A DNA stretch of 53,588 nucleotides from Raillietiella orientalis (taxonomy: Eukaryota): positions 1 to 53,588 of the forward strand of contig JAYWIR010000162.1 in assembly GCA_036172245.1 (NCBI GenBank), read 5' to 3'. The translations under genes and the position numbers were made by a program. The notes beneath the pieces were generated by a model that did no database searches, had not been told where the DNA came from, and saw nothing but the letters and a program-made list of their open reading frames with translations. Each line of letters opens with the position of its first letter. Within the stretch, counting starts at the first letter, position 1. Positions 39,086 through 50,900 of this stretch are shown here, one piece after another.

Positions 39086-42000
39086 ATGGCAGGACAGGTT
39101 TTAGTCTGGTTCTCATGGCAATTATTTTTGCAAAGGACAGATGAAGTTTTTTTCTGTCCATCTTCCTATTTTCAGTGCAAATTTGCAGTGTCTGCTGATA
39201 TCTAATCAATTTCTATAATGTCGATTACATCTTTATGCTCCCTCCGAGCATTCGAACGGATTCCTTTCCCCGTGGATGCAACGGCACCTTTATCACATCC
39301 CCACTTCCTCCGAATCTCTTGCTCCACGAGAAGAAATCATAGGAGAACCGAACTAATTGCAAGATGGCAGGAATGGTGTTAGTCTGGTTCTCATGGCAAT
39401 CATTTTTGAAAAGGACAGATGAAGTTTTTTTCTCTCCATCTTCCTATTTTCAGTGCAAATTTGCAGTGTCTGGTGATTTGAAGACAATTTCTATAATGTC
39501 GATTACATCTTTAAGCTCCTTCCGAGCATCCGAACGGATTCCTTTCACCGTAGATGCAACGGCACCTTTATCACATCCCCGCTTCCTCGGAATCCCTTGC
39601 TCCAAGGGAAGAAATCATAGGAGAACCGAACTAATTGCAAGATGGCAGGACAGGTTTTAGTCTGGTTCTCATGGCAATTATTTTTGCAAAGGACAGATGA
39701 AGTTTTTTTCTGTCCATCTTCCTATTTTCAGTACAAATTTGCAGTGTCTGCTGATGAATAATCAATTTCTATAATGTCGATTACATCTTTAAGCTCCTCC
39801 GAGCATCCGAACGGATTCCTTTCCCCGTGGATGCAACGGCACATTTATCACATCCCCACTTCCTCCGAATCTCTTGCTCCACGAGAAGAAATCATAGGAG
39901 AACCGAACTAATTTCAAGATGGCAGGATTGGTGTTAGTCTGGTTTTCATGGCAACCATTTTTGCAATGAAGAGATGTAGTATTTTACCCTCCATCTTCCT
40001 TTTTTCTGTGCAAATTTGCAGTTTCTGGTGATTTGAAGACAATTTCTATAATGTCGATTACATCTTTAAGCTCCTTCCGAGCATCCGAACGGATTCCTTT
40101 CACCGTAGATGCAACGGCACCTTTATCACATCCCCGCTTCCTCCGAATCTCTTGCTCCACGAGAAGAAATCATAGGAGAACCGAACTAATTTCAAGATGG
40201 CAGGATTGGTGTTAGTCTGGTTTTCATGGCAACCATTTTTGCAATGAAGAGATGTAGTATTTTACCCTCCATCTTCCTTTTCTGTGCAAATTTGCAGTTT
40301 CTGGTGATTTGAAGACAATTTCTATAATGTCGATTACATCTTTAAGCTCCTTCCGAGCATCCGAACGGATTCCTTTCACCGTAGATGCAACGGCACCTTT
40401 ATCACATCCCCGCTTCCTCGGAATCCCTTGCTCCAAGGGAAGAAATCATAGGAGAACCGAACTAATTGCAAGATGGCAGGATTGGTGTTAGTCTGGTTCT
40501 CATGGCAACCATTTTTGCAATGGACAGATGAAGTTTTTACCCTCCATCTTCCTTTTTTCAGTGCAAATTAGCAGTGTCTGGTGATTTCAATACGATTTCT
40601 ATAATGTCTATTACATGGTTCGGCTCCTTCCGAGCATCCGAACGGATTCCTTTCCCCATGGATGCAAAGGCACCTTTATCACATCCCTACTTCCTCCGAA
40701 TCTCTTGCTCCACGTGAAGAAATCATAGGGAGACCGAACTAATTGCAAGATGGCAGGACAGGTTTTAGTCTGGTTCTCATGGCAATTATTTTTGCAAAAG
40801 ACAGATAAAGTTTTTTTCTGTCCATCTTCTTATTTTCAGTACAAATTTGCAGTGTCTGCTGATGAATAATCAATTTCTATAATGTCGATTACATCTTTAA
40901 GCTCCTCCGAGCATCCGAACGGATTCCTTTCCCCGTGGATGCAACGGCACATTTATCACATCCCCACTTCCTCCGAATCTCTTGCTCCACGAGAAGAAAT
41001 CATAGGAGAACCGAACTAATTTCAAGATGGCAAGATTGGTGTTAGTCTGGTTTTCATGGCAACCATTTTTGCAATGAAGAGATGTAGTATTTTACCCTCC
41101 ATCTTTCTTTTTTCTGTGCAAATTTGCAGTTTCTGGTGATTTGAAGACAATTTCTATAATGTCGATTACATCTTTAAGCTCCTTCCGAGCATCCGAACGG
41201 ATTCCTTTCACCGTAGATGCAACGGCACCTTTATCACATCCCCGCTTCCTCGGAATCCCTTGCTCCAAGGGAAGAAATCATAGGAGAACCGAACTAATTG
41301 CAAGATGGCAGGACAGGTTTTAGTCTGGTTCTCATGGCAATTATTTTTGCAAAGGACAGATGAAGTTTTTTTCTGTCCATCTTCCTATTTTCAGTGCAAA
41401 TTTGCAGTGTCTGCTGATTAATAATCAATTTCTATAATGTCGATTACATCTTTAAGCTCCTTCCGAGCATCCGAACGGATTCCTTTCACCGTAGATGCAA
41501 CGGCACCTTTATCACATCCCCGCTTCCTCGGAATCCCTTGCTCCAAGGGAAGAAATCATAGGAGAACCGAACTAATTGCAAGATGGCAGGATTGGTGTTA
41601 GTCTGGTTCTCATGGCAACCATTTTTGCAATGGACAGATGAAGTTTTTACCCTCCATCTTCCTTTTTTCAGTGCAAATTTGCAGTGTCTGGTGATTTCAA
41701 GACAATTTCTATAATGTCTATTACATGGTTCGGCTCCTTCCGAGCATCCGAACGGATTCCTTTCCCCATGGATGCAAAGGCACCTTTATCACATCCCTAC
41801 TTCCTCCGAATCTCTTGCTCCACGTGAAGAAATCATAGGGAAACCGAACTAATTGCAAGATGGCAGGACAGGTTTTAGTCTGGTTCTCATGGCAATTATT
41901 TTTGCAAAGGACAGATGAAGTTTTTTTCTGTCCATCTTCCTATTTTCAGTACAAATTTGCAGTGTCTGCTGATGAATAATCAATTTCTATAATGTCGATT

Positions 42001-42136
42001 ACATCTTTAAGCTCCTCCGAGCATCCGAACGGATTCCTTTCCCCGTGGATGCAACGGCACATTTATCACATCCCCACTTCCTCCGAATCTCTTGCTCCAC
42101 GAGAAGAAATCATAGGAGAACCGAACTAATTTCAAG

Positions 42137-44916
42137 ATGGCAGGATTGGTGTTAGTCTGGTTTTCATGGCAACCATTTTTGCAATGAAGAGATGTAGTAT
42201 TTTACCCTCCATCTTCCTTTTTTCTGTGCAAATTTGCAGTTTCTGGTGATTTGAAGACAATTTCTATAATGTCGATTACATCTTTAAGCTCCTTCCGAGC
42301 ATCCGAACGGATTCCTTTCACCGTAGATGCAACGGCACCTTTATCACATCCCCGCTTCCTCGGAATCCCTTGCTCCAAGGGAAGAAATCATAGGAGAACC
42401 GAACTAATTGCAAGATGGCAGGACAGGTTTTAGTCTGGTTCTCATGGCAATTATTTTTGCAAAGGACAGATGAAGTTTTTTTCTGTCCATCTTCCTATTT
42501 TCAGTACAAATTTGCAGTGTCTGCTGATGAATAATCAATTTCTATAATGTCGATTACATCTTTAAGCTCCTTCCGAGCATCCGAACGGATTCCTTTCCCC
42601 GTGGATGCAACGGCACCTTTATCACATCCCCACTTCCTCCGAATCTCTTGCTCCACGAGAAGAAATCATAGGAGAACCGAACTAATTTCAAGATGGCAGG
42701 ATTGGTGTTAGTCTGGTTTTCATGGCAACCATTTTTGCAATGAAGAGATGTAGTATTTTACCCTCCATCTTCCTTTTTTCTGTGCACATTTGCAGTTTCT
42801 GGTGATTTGAAGACAATTTCCATAATGTCGATTACATCTTTAAGCTCCTTCCGAGCATCCGAACGGATTCCTTTCACCGTAGATGCAACGGCACCTTTAT
42901 CACATCCCTGCTTCCTCCGAATCTCTTGCTCCACGTGAAGAAATCATAGGGAAACCGAACTAATTGCAGGATGGCAGGACAGGTTTTAGTCTGGTTCTCA
43001 TGGCAATTATTTTTGCAAAGGACAGATGAAGTTTTTTTCTGTCCATCTTCCTATTTTCAGTGCAAATTTGCAGTGTCTGCTGATAAATAATCAATTTCCA
43101 TAATGTCGATTACATCTTTAAGCTCCTTCCGAGCATCCGAACGGATTCCTTTCCCCGTGGATGCAACGGCACCTTTATCACATCCCCACTTCCTCGGAAT
43201 CCCTTGCTCCACGAGAAGAAATCATAGGAGAACCGAACTAATTTCAAGATGGCAGGATTGGTGTTAGTCTGGTTTTCATGGCAACCATTTTTGCAATGGA
43301 GAGATGAAGGTTTTTACCCTCCATCTTCCTTTTTTCAGTGCAAATTTGCAGTCTCTGCTGATATCTAATCAATTTCTATAATGTCGATTACATCTTTATG
43401 CTCCTTCCGAGCATTCGAACGGATTCCTTTCCCCGTGGATGCAACGGCACCTTTATCACATCCCCACTTCCTCCGAATCTCTTGCTCCACGAGAAGAAAT
43501 CATAGGAGAACCGAACTAATTGCAAGATGGCAGGATTGGTGTTAGTCTGGTTTTCATGGCAACCATTTTTGCAATGAAGAGATGTAGTTTTTTACCCTCC
43601 ATCTTCCTTTTTTCTGTGCAAATTTGCAGTTTCTGGTGATTTGAAGACAATTTCTATAATGTCGATTACATCTTTAAGCTCCTTCCGAGCATCCGAACGG
43701 ATTCCTTTCACCGTAGATGCAACGGCACCTTTATCACATCCCCGCTTCCTCGGAATCCCTTGCTCCAAGGGAAGAAATCATAGGAGAACCGAACTAATTG
43801 CAAGATGGCAGGACAGGTTTTAGTCTGGTTCTCATGGCAATTATTTTTGCAAAGGACAGATGAAGTTTTTTTCTGTCCATCTTCCTATTTTCAGTGCAAA
43901 TTTGCAGTGTCTGCTGATGAATAATCAATTTCTATAATGTCGATTACATCTTTAAGCTCCTTCCGAGCATCCGAACGGATTCCTTTCCCCGTGGATGCAA
44001 CGGCACCTTTATCACATCCCCACTTCCTCCGAATCTCTTGCTCCACGAGAAGAAATCATAGGAGAACCGAACTAATTTCAAGATGGCAGGATTGGTGTTA
44101 GTCTGGTTTTCATGGCAACCATTTTTGCAATGAAGAGATGTAGTATTTTACCCTCCATCTTCCTTTTTTCTGTGCACATTTGCAGTTTCTGGTGATTTGA
44201 AGACAATTTCCATAATGTCGATTACATCTTTAAGCTCCTTCCGAGCATCCGAACGGATTCCTTTCACCGTAGATGCAACGGCACCTTTATCACATCCCTG
44301 CTTCCTCCGAATCTCTTGCTCCACGTGAAGAAATCATAGGGAAACCGAACTAATTGCAAGATGGCAGGACAGGTTTTAGTCTGGTTCTCATGGCAATTAT
44401 TTTTGCAAAGGACAGATGAAGTTTTTTTCTGTCCATCTTCCTATTTTCAGTGCAAATTTGCAGTGTCTGCTGATAAATAATCAATTTCCATAATGTCGAT
44501 TACATCTTTAAGCTCCTTCCGAGCATCCGAACGGATTCCTTTCCCCGTGGATGCAACGGCACCTTTATCACATCCCCACTTCCTCGGAATCCCTTGCTCC
44601 ACGAGAAGAAATCATAGGAGAACCGAACTAATTTCAAGATGGCAGGATTGGTGTTAGTCTGGTTTTCATGGCAACCATTTTTGCAATGGAGAGATGAAGG
44701 TTTTTACCCTCCATCTTCCTTTTTTCAGTGCAAATTTGCAGTCTCTGCTGATATCTAATCAATTTCTATAATGTCGATTACATCTTTATGCTCCCTCCGA
44801 GCATTCGAACGGATTCCTTTCCCCGTGGATGCAACGGCACCTTTATCACATCCCCACTTCCTCCGAATCTCTTGCTCCACGAGAAGAAATCATAGGAGAA
44901 CCGAACTACTTGCAAG
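42137..44916. repeat. Pentamer higher-order repeat (E-C'-E*-C-D, 1390 bp) x2
   Basis: The same monomer order occurs at 42137-43526 and 43527-44916. The GCAGTCTCTG allele and ORF landmarks 42251/43641 are 1390 bp apart. Confidence 0.8.
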
Positions 44917-47900
44917 ATGGCAGGAATGGTGTTAGTCTGGTTCTCATGGCAATCATTTTTGAAAAGGACAGATGAAGTTTTTTTCTCTCCATCTTCCTAT
45001 TTTCAGTGCAAATTTGCAGTGTCTGGTGATTTGAAGACAATTTCTATAATGTCGATTACATCTTTAAGCTCCTTCCGAGCATCCGAACGGATTCCTTTCA
45101 CCGTAGATGCAACGGCACCTTTATCACATCCCCGCTTCCTCGGAATCCCTTGCTCCAAGGGAAGAAATCATAGGAGAACCGAACTAATTGCAAGATGGCA
45201 GGACAGGTTTTAGTCTGGTTCTCATGGCAATTATTTTTGCAAAGGACAGATGAAGTTTTTTTCTGTCCATCTTCCTATTTTCAGTACAAATTTGCAGTGT
45301 CTGCTGATGAATAATCAATTTCTATAATGTCGATTACATCTTTAAGCTCCTCCGAGCATCCGAACGGATTCCTTTCCCCGTGGATGCAACGGCACATTTA
45401 TCACATCCCCACTTCCTCCGAATCTCTTGCTCCACGAGAAGAAATCATAGGAGAACCGAACTAATTTCAAGATGGCAGGATTGGTGTTAGTCTGGTTTTC
45501 ATGGCAACCATTTTTGCAATGAAGAGATGTAGTATTTTACCCTCCATCTTCCTTTTTTCTGTGCACATTTGCAGTTTCTGGTGATTTGAAGACAATTTCC
45601 ATAATGTCGATTACATCTTTAAGCTCCTTCCGAGCATCCGAACGGATTCCTTTCACCGTAGATGCAACGGCACCTTTATCACATCCCCGCTTCCTCCGAA
45701 TCTCTTGCTCCACGTGAAGAAATCATAGGGAAACCGAACTAATTGCAAGGTGGCAGGATTGGTGTTAGTCTGGTTCTCATGGCAATCATTTTTGAAAAGG
45801 ACAGATGAAGTTTTTTTCTCTCCATCTTCCTATTTTCAGTGCAAATTTGCAGTGTCTGGTGATTTGAAGACAATTTCTATAATGTCGATTACATCGTTCG
45901 GCTCCTTCCGAGCATCCGAACGGATTCCTTTCCCCGTGGATGCAAAGGCACCTTTATCACATCCCCACTTCCTCCGAATCTCTTGCTCCACGTGAAGAAA
46001 TCATAGGAGAACCGAACTAATTGCAAGATGGCAGGACAGGTGTTAGTCTGGTTCTCATGGCAATTATTTTTGCAAAGGACAGATGAAGTTTTTTTCTGTC
46101 CATCTTCCTATTTTCAGTGCAAATTTGCAGTGTCTGCTGATGAATAATCAATTTCTATAATGTCGATTACATCTTTAAGCTCCTTCCGAGCATCCGAACG
46201 GATTCCTTTCCCCGTGGATGCAACGGCACCTTTATCACATCCCCACTTCCTCCGAATCTCTTGCTCCACGAGAAGAAATCATAGGAGAACCGAACTAATT
46301 TCAAGATGGCAGGATTGGTGTTAGTCTGGTTTTCATGGCAACCATTTTTGCAATGAAGAGATGTAGTATTTTACCCTCCATCTTCCTTTTTTCTGTGCAA
46401 ATTTGCAGTTTCTGGTGATTTGAAGACAATTTCTATAATGTCGATTACATCTTTAAGCTCCTTCCGAGCATCCGAACGGATTCCTTTCACCGTGGATGCA
46501 ACGGCACCTTTATCACATCCCCACTTCCTCCGAATCTCTTGCTCCACGAGAAGAAATCATAGGAGAACCGAACTAATTTCAAGATGGCAGGATTGGTGTT
46601 AGTCTGGTTTTCATGGCAACCATTTTTGCAATGGAGAGATGAAGGTTTTTACCCTCCATCTTCCTTTTTTCAGTGCAAATTTGCAGTCTCTGCTGATATC
46701 TAATCAATTTCTATAATGTCGATTACATCTTTATGCTCCCTCCGAGCATTCGAACGGATTCCTTTCCCCGTGGATGCAACGGCACATTTATCACATCCCC
46801 ACTTCCTCCGAATCTCTTGCTCCACGAGAAGAAATCATAGGAGAACCGAACTAATTTCAAGATGGCAGGATTGGTGTTAGTCTGGTTTTCATGGCAACCA
46901 TTTTTGCAATGAAGAGATGTAGTATTTTACCCTCCATCTTCCTTTTTTCTGTGCAAATTTGCAGTTTCTGGTGATTTGAAGACAATTTCTATAATGTCGA
47001 TTACATCTTTAAGCTCCTTACGAGCATCCGAACGGATTCCTTTCACCGTAGATGCAACGGCACCTTTATCACATCCCTGCTTCCTCCGAATCTCTTGCTC
47101 CACGTGAAGAAATCATAGGGAAACCGAACTAATTGCAGGATGGCAGGACAGGTTTTAGTCTGGTTCTCATGGCAATTATTTTTGCAAAGGACAGATGAAG
47201 TTTTTTTCTGTCCATCTTCCTATTTTCAGTGCATATTTGCAGTGTCTGCTGATGAATAATCAATTTCTATAATGTCGATTACATCTTTAAGCTCCTTCCG
47301 AGCATCCGAACGGATTCCTTTCCCCGTGGATGCAACGGCACATTTATCACATCCCCACTTCCTCCGAATCTCTTGCTCCACGAGAAGAAATCATAGGAGA
47401 ACCGAACTAATTTCAAGATGGCAGGATTGGTGTTAGTCTGGTTTTCATGGCAACCATTTTTGCAATGAAGAGATGTAGTATTTTACCCTCCATCTTCCTT
47501 TTTTCTGTGCAAATTTGCAGTTTCTGGTGATTTGAAGACAATTTCTATAATGTCGATTACATCTTTAAGCTCCTTCCGAGCATCCGAACGGATTCCTTTC
47601 ACCGTAGATGCAACGGCACCTTTATCACATCCCCGCTTCCTCGGAATCCCTTGCTCCAAGGGAAGAAATCATAGGAGAACCGAACTAATTGCAAGATGGC
47701 AGGATTGGTGTTAGTCTGGTTTTCATGGCAACCATTTTTGCAATGGACAGATGAAGTTTTTACCCTCCATCTTCCTTTTTTCAGTGCAAATTTGCAGTGT
47801 CTGGTGATTTCAAGACAATTTCTATAATGTCTATTACATGGTTCGGCTCCTTCCGAGCATCCGAACGGATTCCTTTCCCCATGGATGCAAAGGCACCTTT

Positions 47901-50900
47901 ATCACATCCCTACTTCCTCCGAATCTCTTGCTCCACGTGAAGAAATCATAGGGAAACCGAACTAATTGCAAGATGGCAGGACAGGTTTTAGTCTGGTTCT
48001 CATGGCAATTATTTTTGCAAAGGACAGATGAAGTTTTTTTCTCTCCATCTTCCTATTTTCAGTGCAAATTTGCAGTGTCTGGTGATTTGAAGACAATTTC
48101 TATAATGTCGATTACATCTTTAAGCTCCTTCCGAGCATCCGAACGGATTCCTTTCACCGTAGATGCAGCAGCACCTTTATCACATCCCCGCTTCCTCGGA
48201 ATCCCTTGCTCCAAGGGAAGAAATCATAGGAGAACCGAACTAATGCAAGATGGCAGGATTGTTGTTAGTCTGGTTTTCATGGCAACCATTTTTGCAATGG
48301 ACAGATGAAGTTTTTACCCTCCATCTTCCTTTTTTCAGTGCAAATTTGCAGTGTCTGGTGATTTCAAGACAATTTCTATAATGTCTATTACATCGTTCGG
48401 CTCCTTCCGAGCATCCGAACGGATTCCTTTCCCCGTGGATGCAACGGCACCTTTATCACATCCCCACTTCCTCCGAATCTCTTGCTCCACGAGAAGAAAT
48501 CATAGGAGAACCGAACTAATTGCAAGATGGCAGGACAGGTTTTAGTCTGGTTCTCATGGCAATTATTTTTGCAAAGGACAGATGAAGTTTTTTTCTGTCC
48601 ATCTTCCTATTTTCAGTGCAAATTTGCAGTGTCTGCTGATGAATAATCAATTTCTATAATGTCGATTACATCTTTAAGCTCCTCCGAGCATCCGAACGGA
48701 TTCCTTTCCCCGTGGATGCAACGGCACCTTTATCACATCCCCACTTCCTCCGAATCTCTTGCTCCACGAGAAGAAATCATAGGAGAACCGAACTAATTTC
48801 AAGATGGCAGGATTGGTGTTAGTCTGGTTTTCATGGCAACCATTTTTGCAATGAAGAGATGTAGTATTTTACCCTCCATCTTCCTTTTTTCTGTGCAAAT
48901 TTGCAGTTTCTGGTGATTTGAAGACAATTTCTATAATGTCGATTACATCTTTAAGCTCCTTCCGAGCATCCGAACGGATTCCTTTCACCGTAGATGCAAC
49001 GGCACCTTTATCACATCCCTGCTTCCTCCGAATCTCTTGCTCCACGTGAAGAAATCATAGGGAAACCGAACTAATTGCAAGATGGCAGGACAGGTTTTAG
49101 TCTGGTTCTCATGGCAATTATTTTTGCAAAGGACAGATGAAGTTTTTTTCTGTCCATCTTCCTATTTTCAGTGCAAATTTGCAGTGTCTGCTGATAAATA
49201 ATCAATTTCCATAATGTCGATTACATCTTTAAGCTCCTTCCGAGCATCCGAACGGATTCCTTTCCCCGTGGATGCAACGGCACCTTTATCACATCCCCAC
49301 TTCCTCGGAATCCCTTGCTCCACGAGAAGAAATCATAGGAGAACCGAACTAATTTCAAGATGGCAGGATTGGTGTTAGTCTGGTTTTCATGGCAACCATT
49401 TTTGCAATGGAGAGATGAAGGTTTTTACCCTCCATCTTCCTTTTTTCAGTGCAAATTTGCAGTCTCTGCTGATATCTAATCAATTTCTATAATGTCGATT
49501 ACATCTTTATGCTCCCTCCGAGCATTCGAACGGATTCCTTTCCCCGTGGATGCAACGGCACCTTTATCACATCCCCACTTCCTCCGAATCTCTTGCTCCA
49601 CGAGAAGAAATCATAGGAGAACCGAACTACTTGCAAGATGGCAGGAATGGTGTTAGTCTGGTTCTCATGGCAATCATTTTTGAAAAGGACAGATGAAGTT
49701 TTTTTCTCTCCATCTTCCTATTTTCAGTGCAAATTTGCAGTGTCTGCTGATGAATAATCAATTTCTATAATGTCGATTACATCTTTAAGCTCCTTCCGAG
49801 CATCCGAACGGATTCCTTTCCCCGTGGATGCAACGGCACCTTTATCACATCCCCACTTCCTCGGAATCCCTTGCTCCACGAGAAGAAATCATAGGAGAAC
49901 CGAACTAATTTCAAGATGGCAGGATTGGTGTTAGTCTGGTTCTCATGGCAACCATTTTTGCAATGGAGAGATGAAGTTTTTTACCCTCCATCTTCCTATT
50001 TTCAGTGCAAATTTGCAGTGTCTGGTGATTTGAAGACAATTTCTATAATGTCGATTACATCTTTAAGCTCCTTCCGAGCATCCGAACGGATTCCTTTCAC
50101 CGTAGATGCAACGGCACCTTTATCACATCCCCGCTTCCTCCGAATCTCTTGCTCCACGAGAAGAAATCATAGGAGAACCGAACTAATTGCAAGATGGCAG
50201 GATTGGTGTTAGTCTGGTTCTCATGGCAATCATTTTTGAAAAGGACAGATGAAGTTTTTTTCTCTCCATCTTCCTATTTTCAGTGCAAATTTGCAGTGTC
50301 TGCTGATAAATAATCAATTTCTATAATGTCGATTACATCTTTAAGCTCCTTCCGAGCATCCGAACGGATTCCTTTCCCCGTGGATGCAACGGCACCTTTA
50401 TCACATCCCCACTTCCTCGGAATCCTTGCTCCACGAGAAGAAATCATAGGAGAACCGAACTAATTTCAAGATGGCAGGATTGGTGTTAGTCTGGTTCTCA
50501 TGGCAACCATTTTTGCAATCAAGTGAAGGTTTTTACCCTCCATCTTCCTATTTTCAGTGCAAATTTGCAGTGTCTGCTGATAAATAATCAATTTCTATAA
50601 TGTCGATTACATCTTTAAGCTCCTTCCGAGCATCCGAACGGATTCCTTTCACCGTAGATGCAACGGCACCTTTATCACATCCCCGCTTCCTCGGAATCCC
50701 TTGCTCCAAGGGAAGAAATCATAGGAGAACCGAACTAATTGCAAGATGGCAGGACAGGTTTTAGTCTGGTTCTCATGGCAATTATTTTTGCAAAGGACAG
50801 ATGAAGTTTTTTTCTGTCCATCTTCCTATTTTCAGTGCAAATTTGCAGTGTCTGCTGATGAATAATCAATTTCTATAATGTCGATTACATCTTTAAGCTC

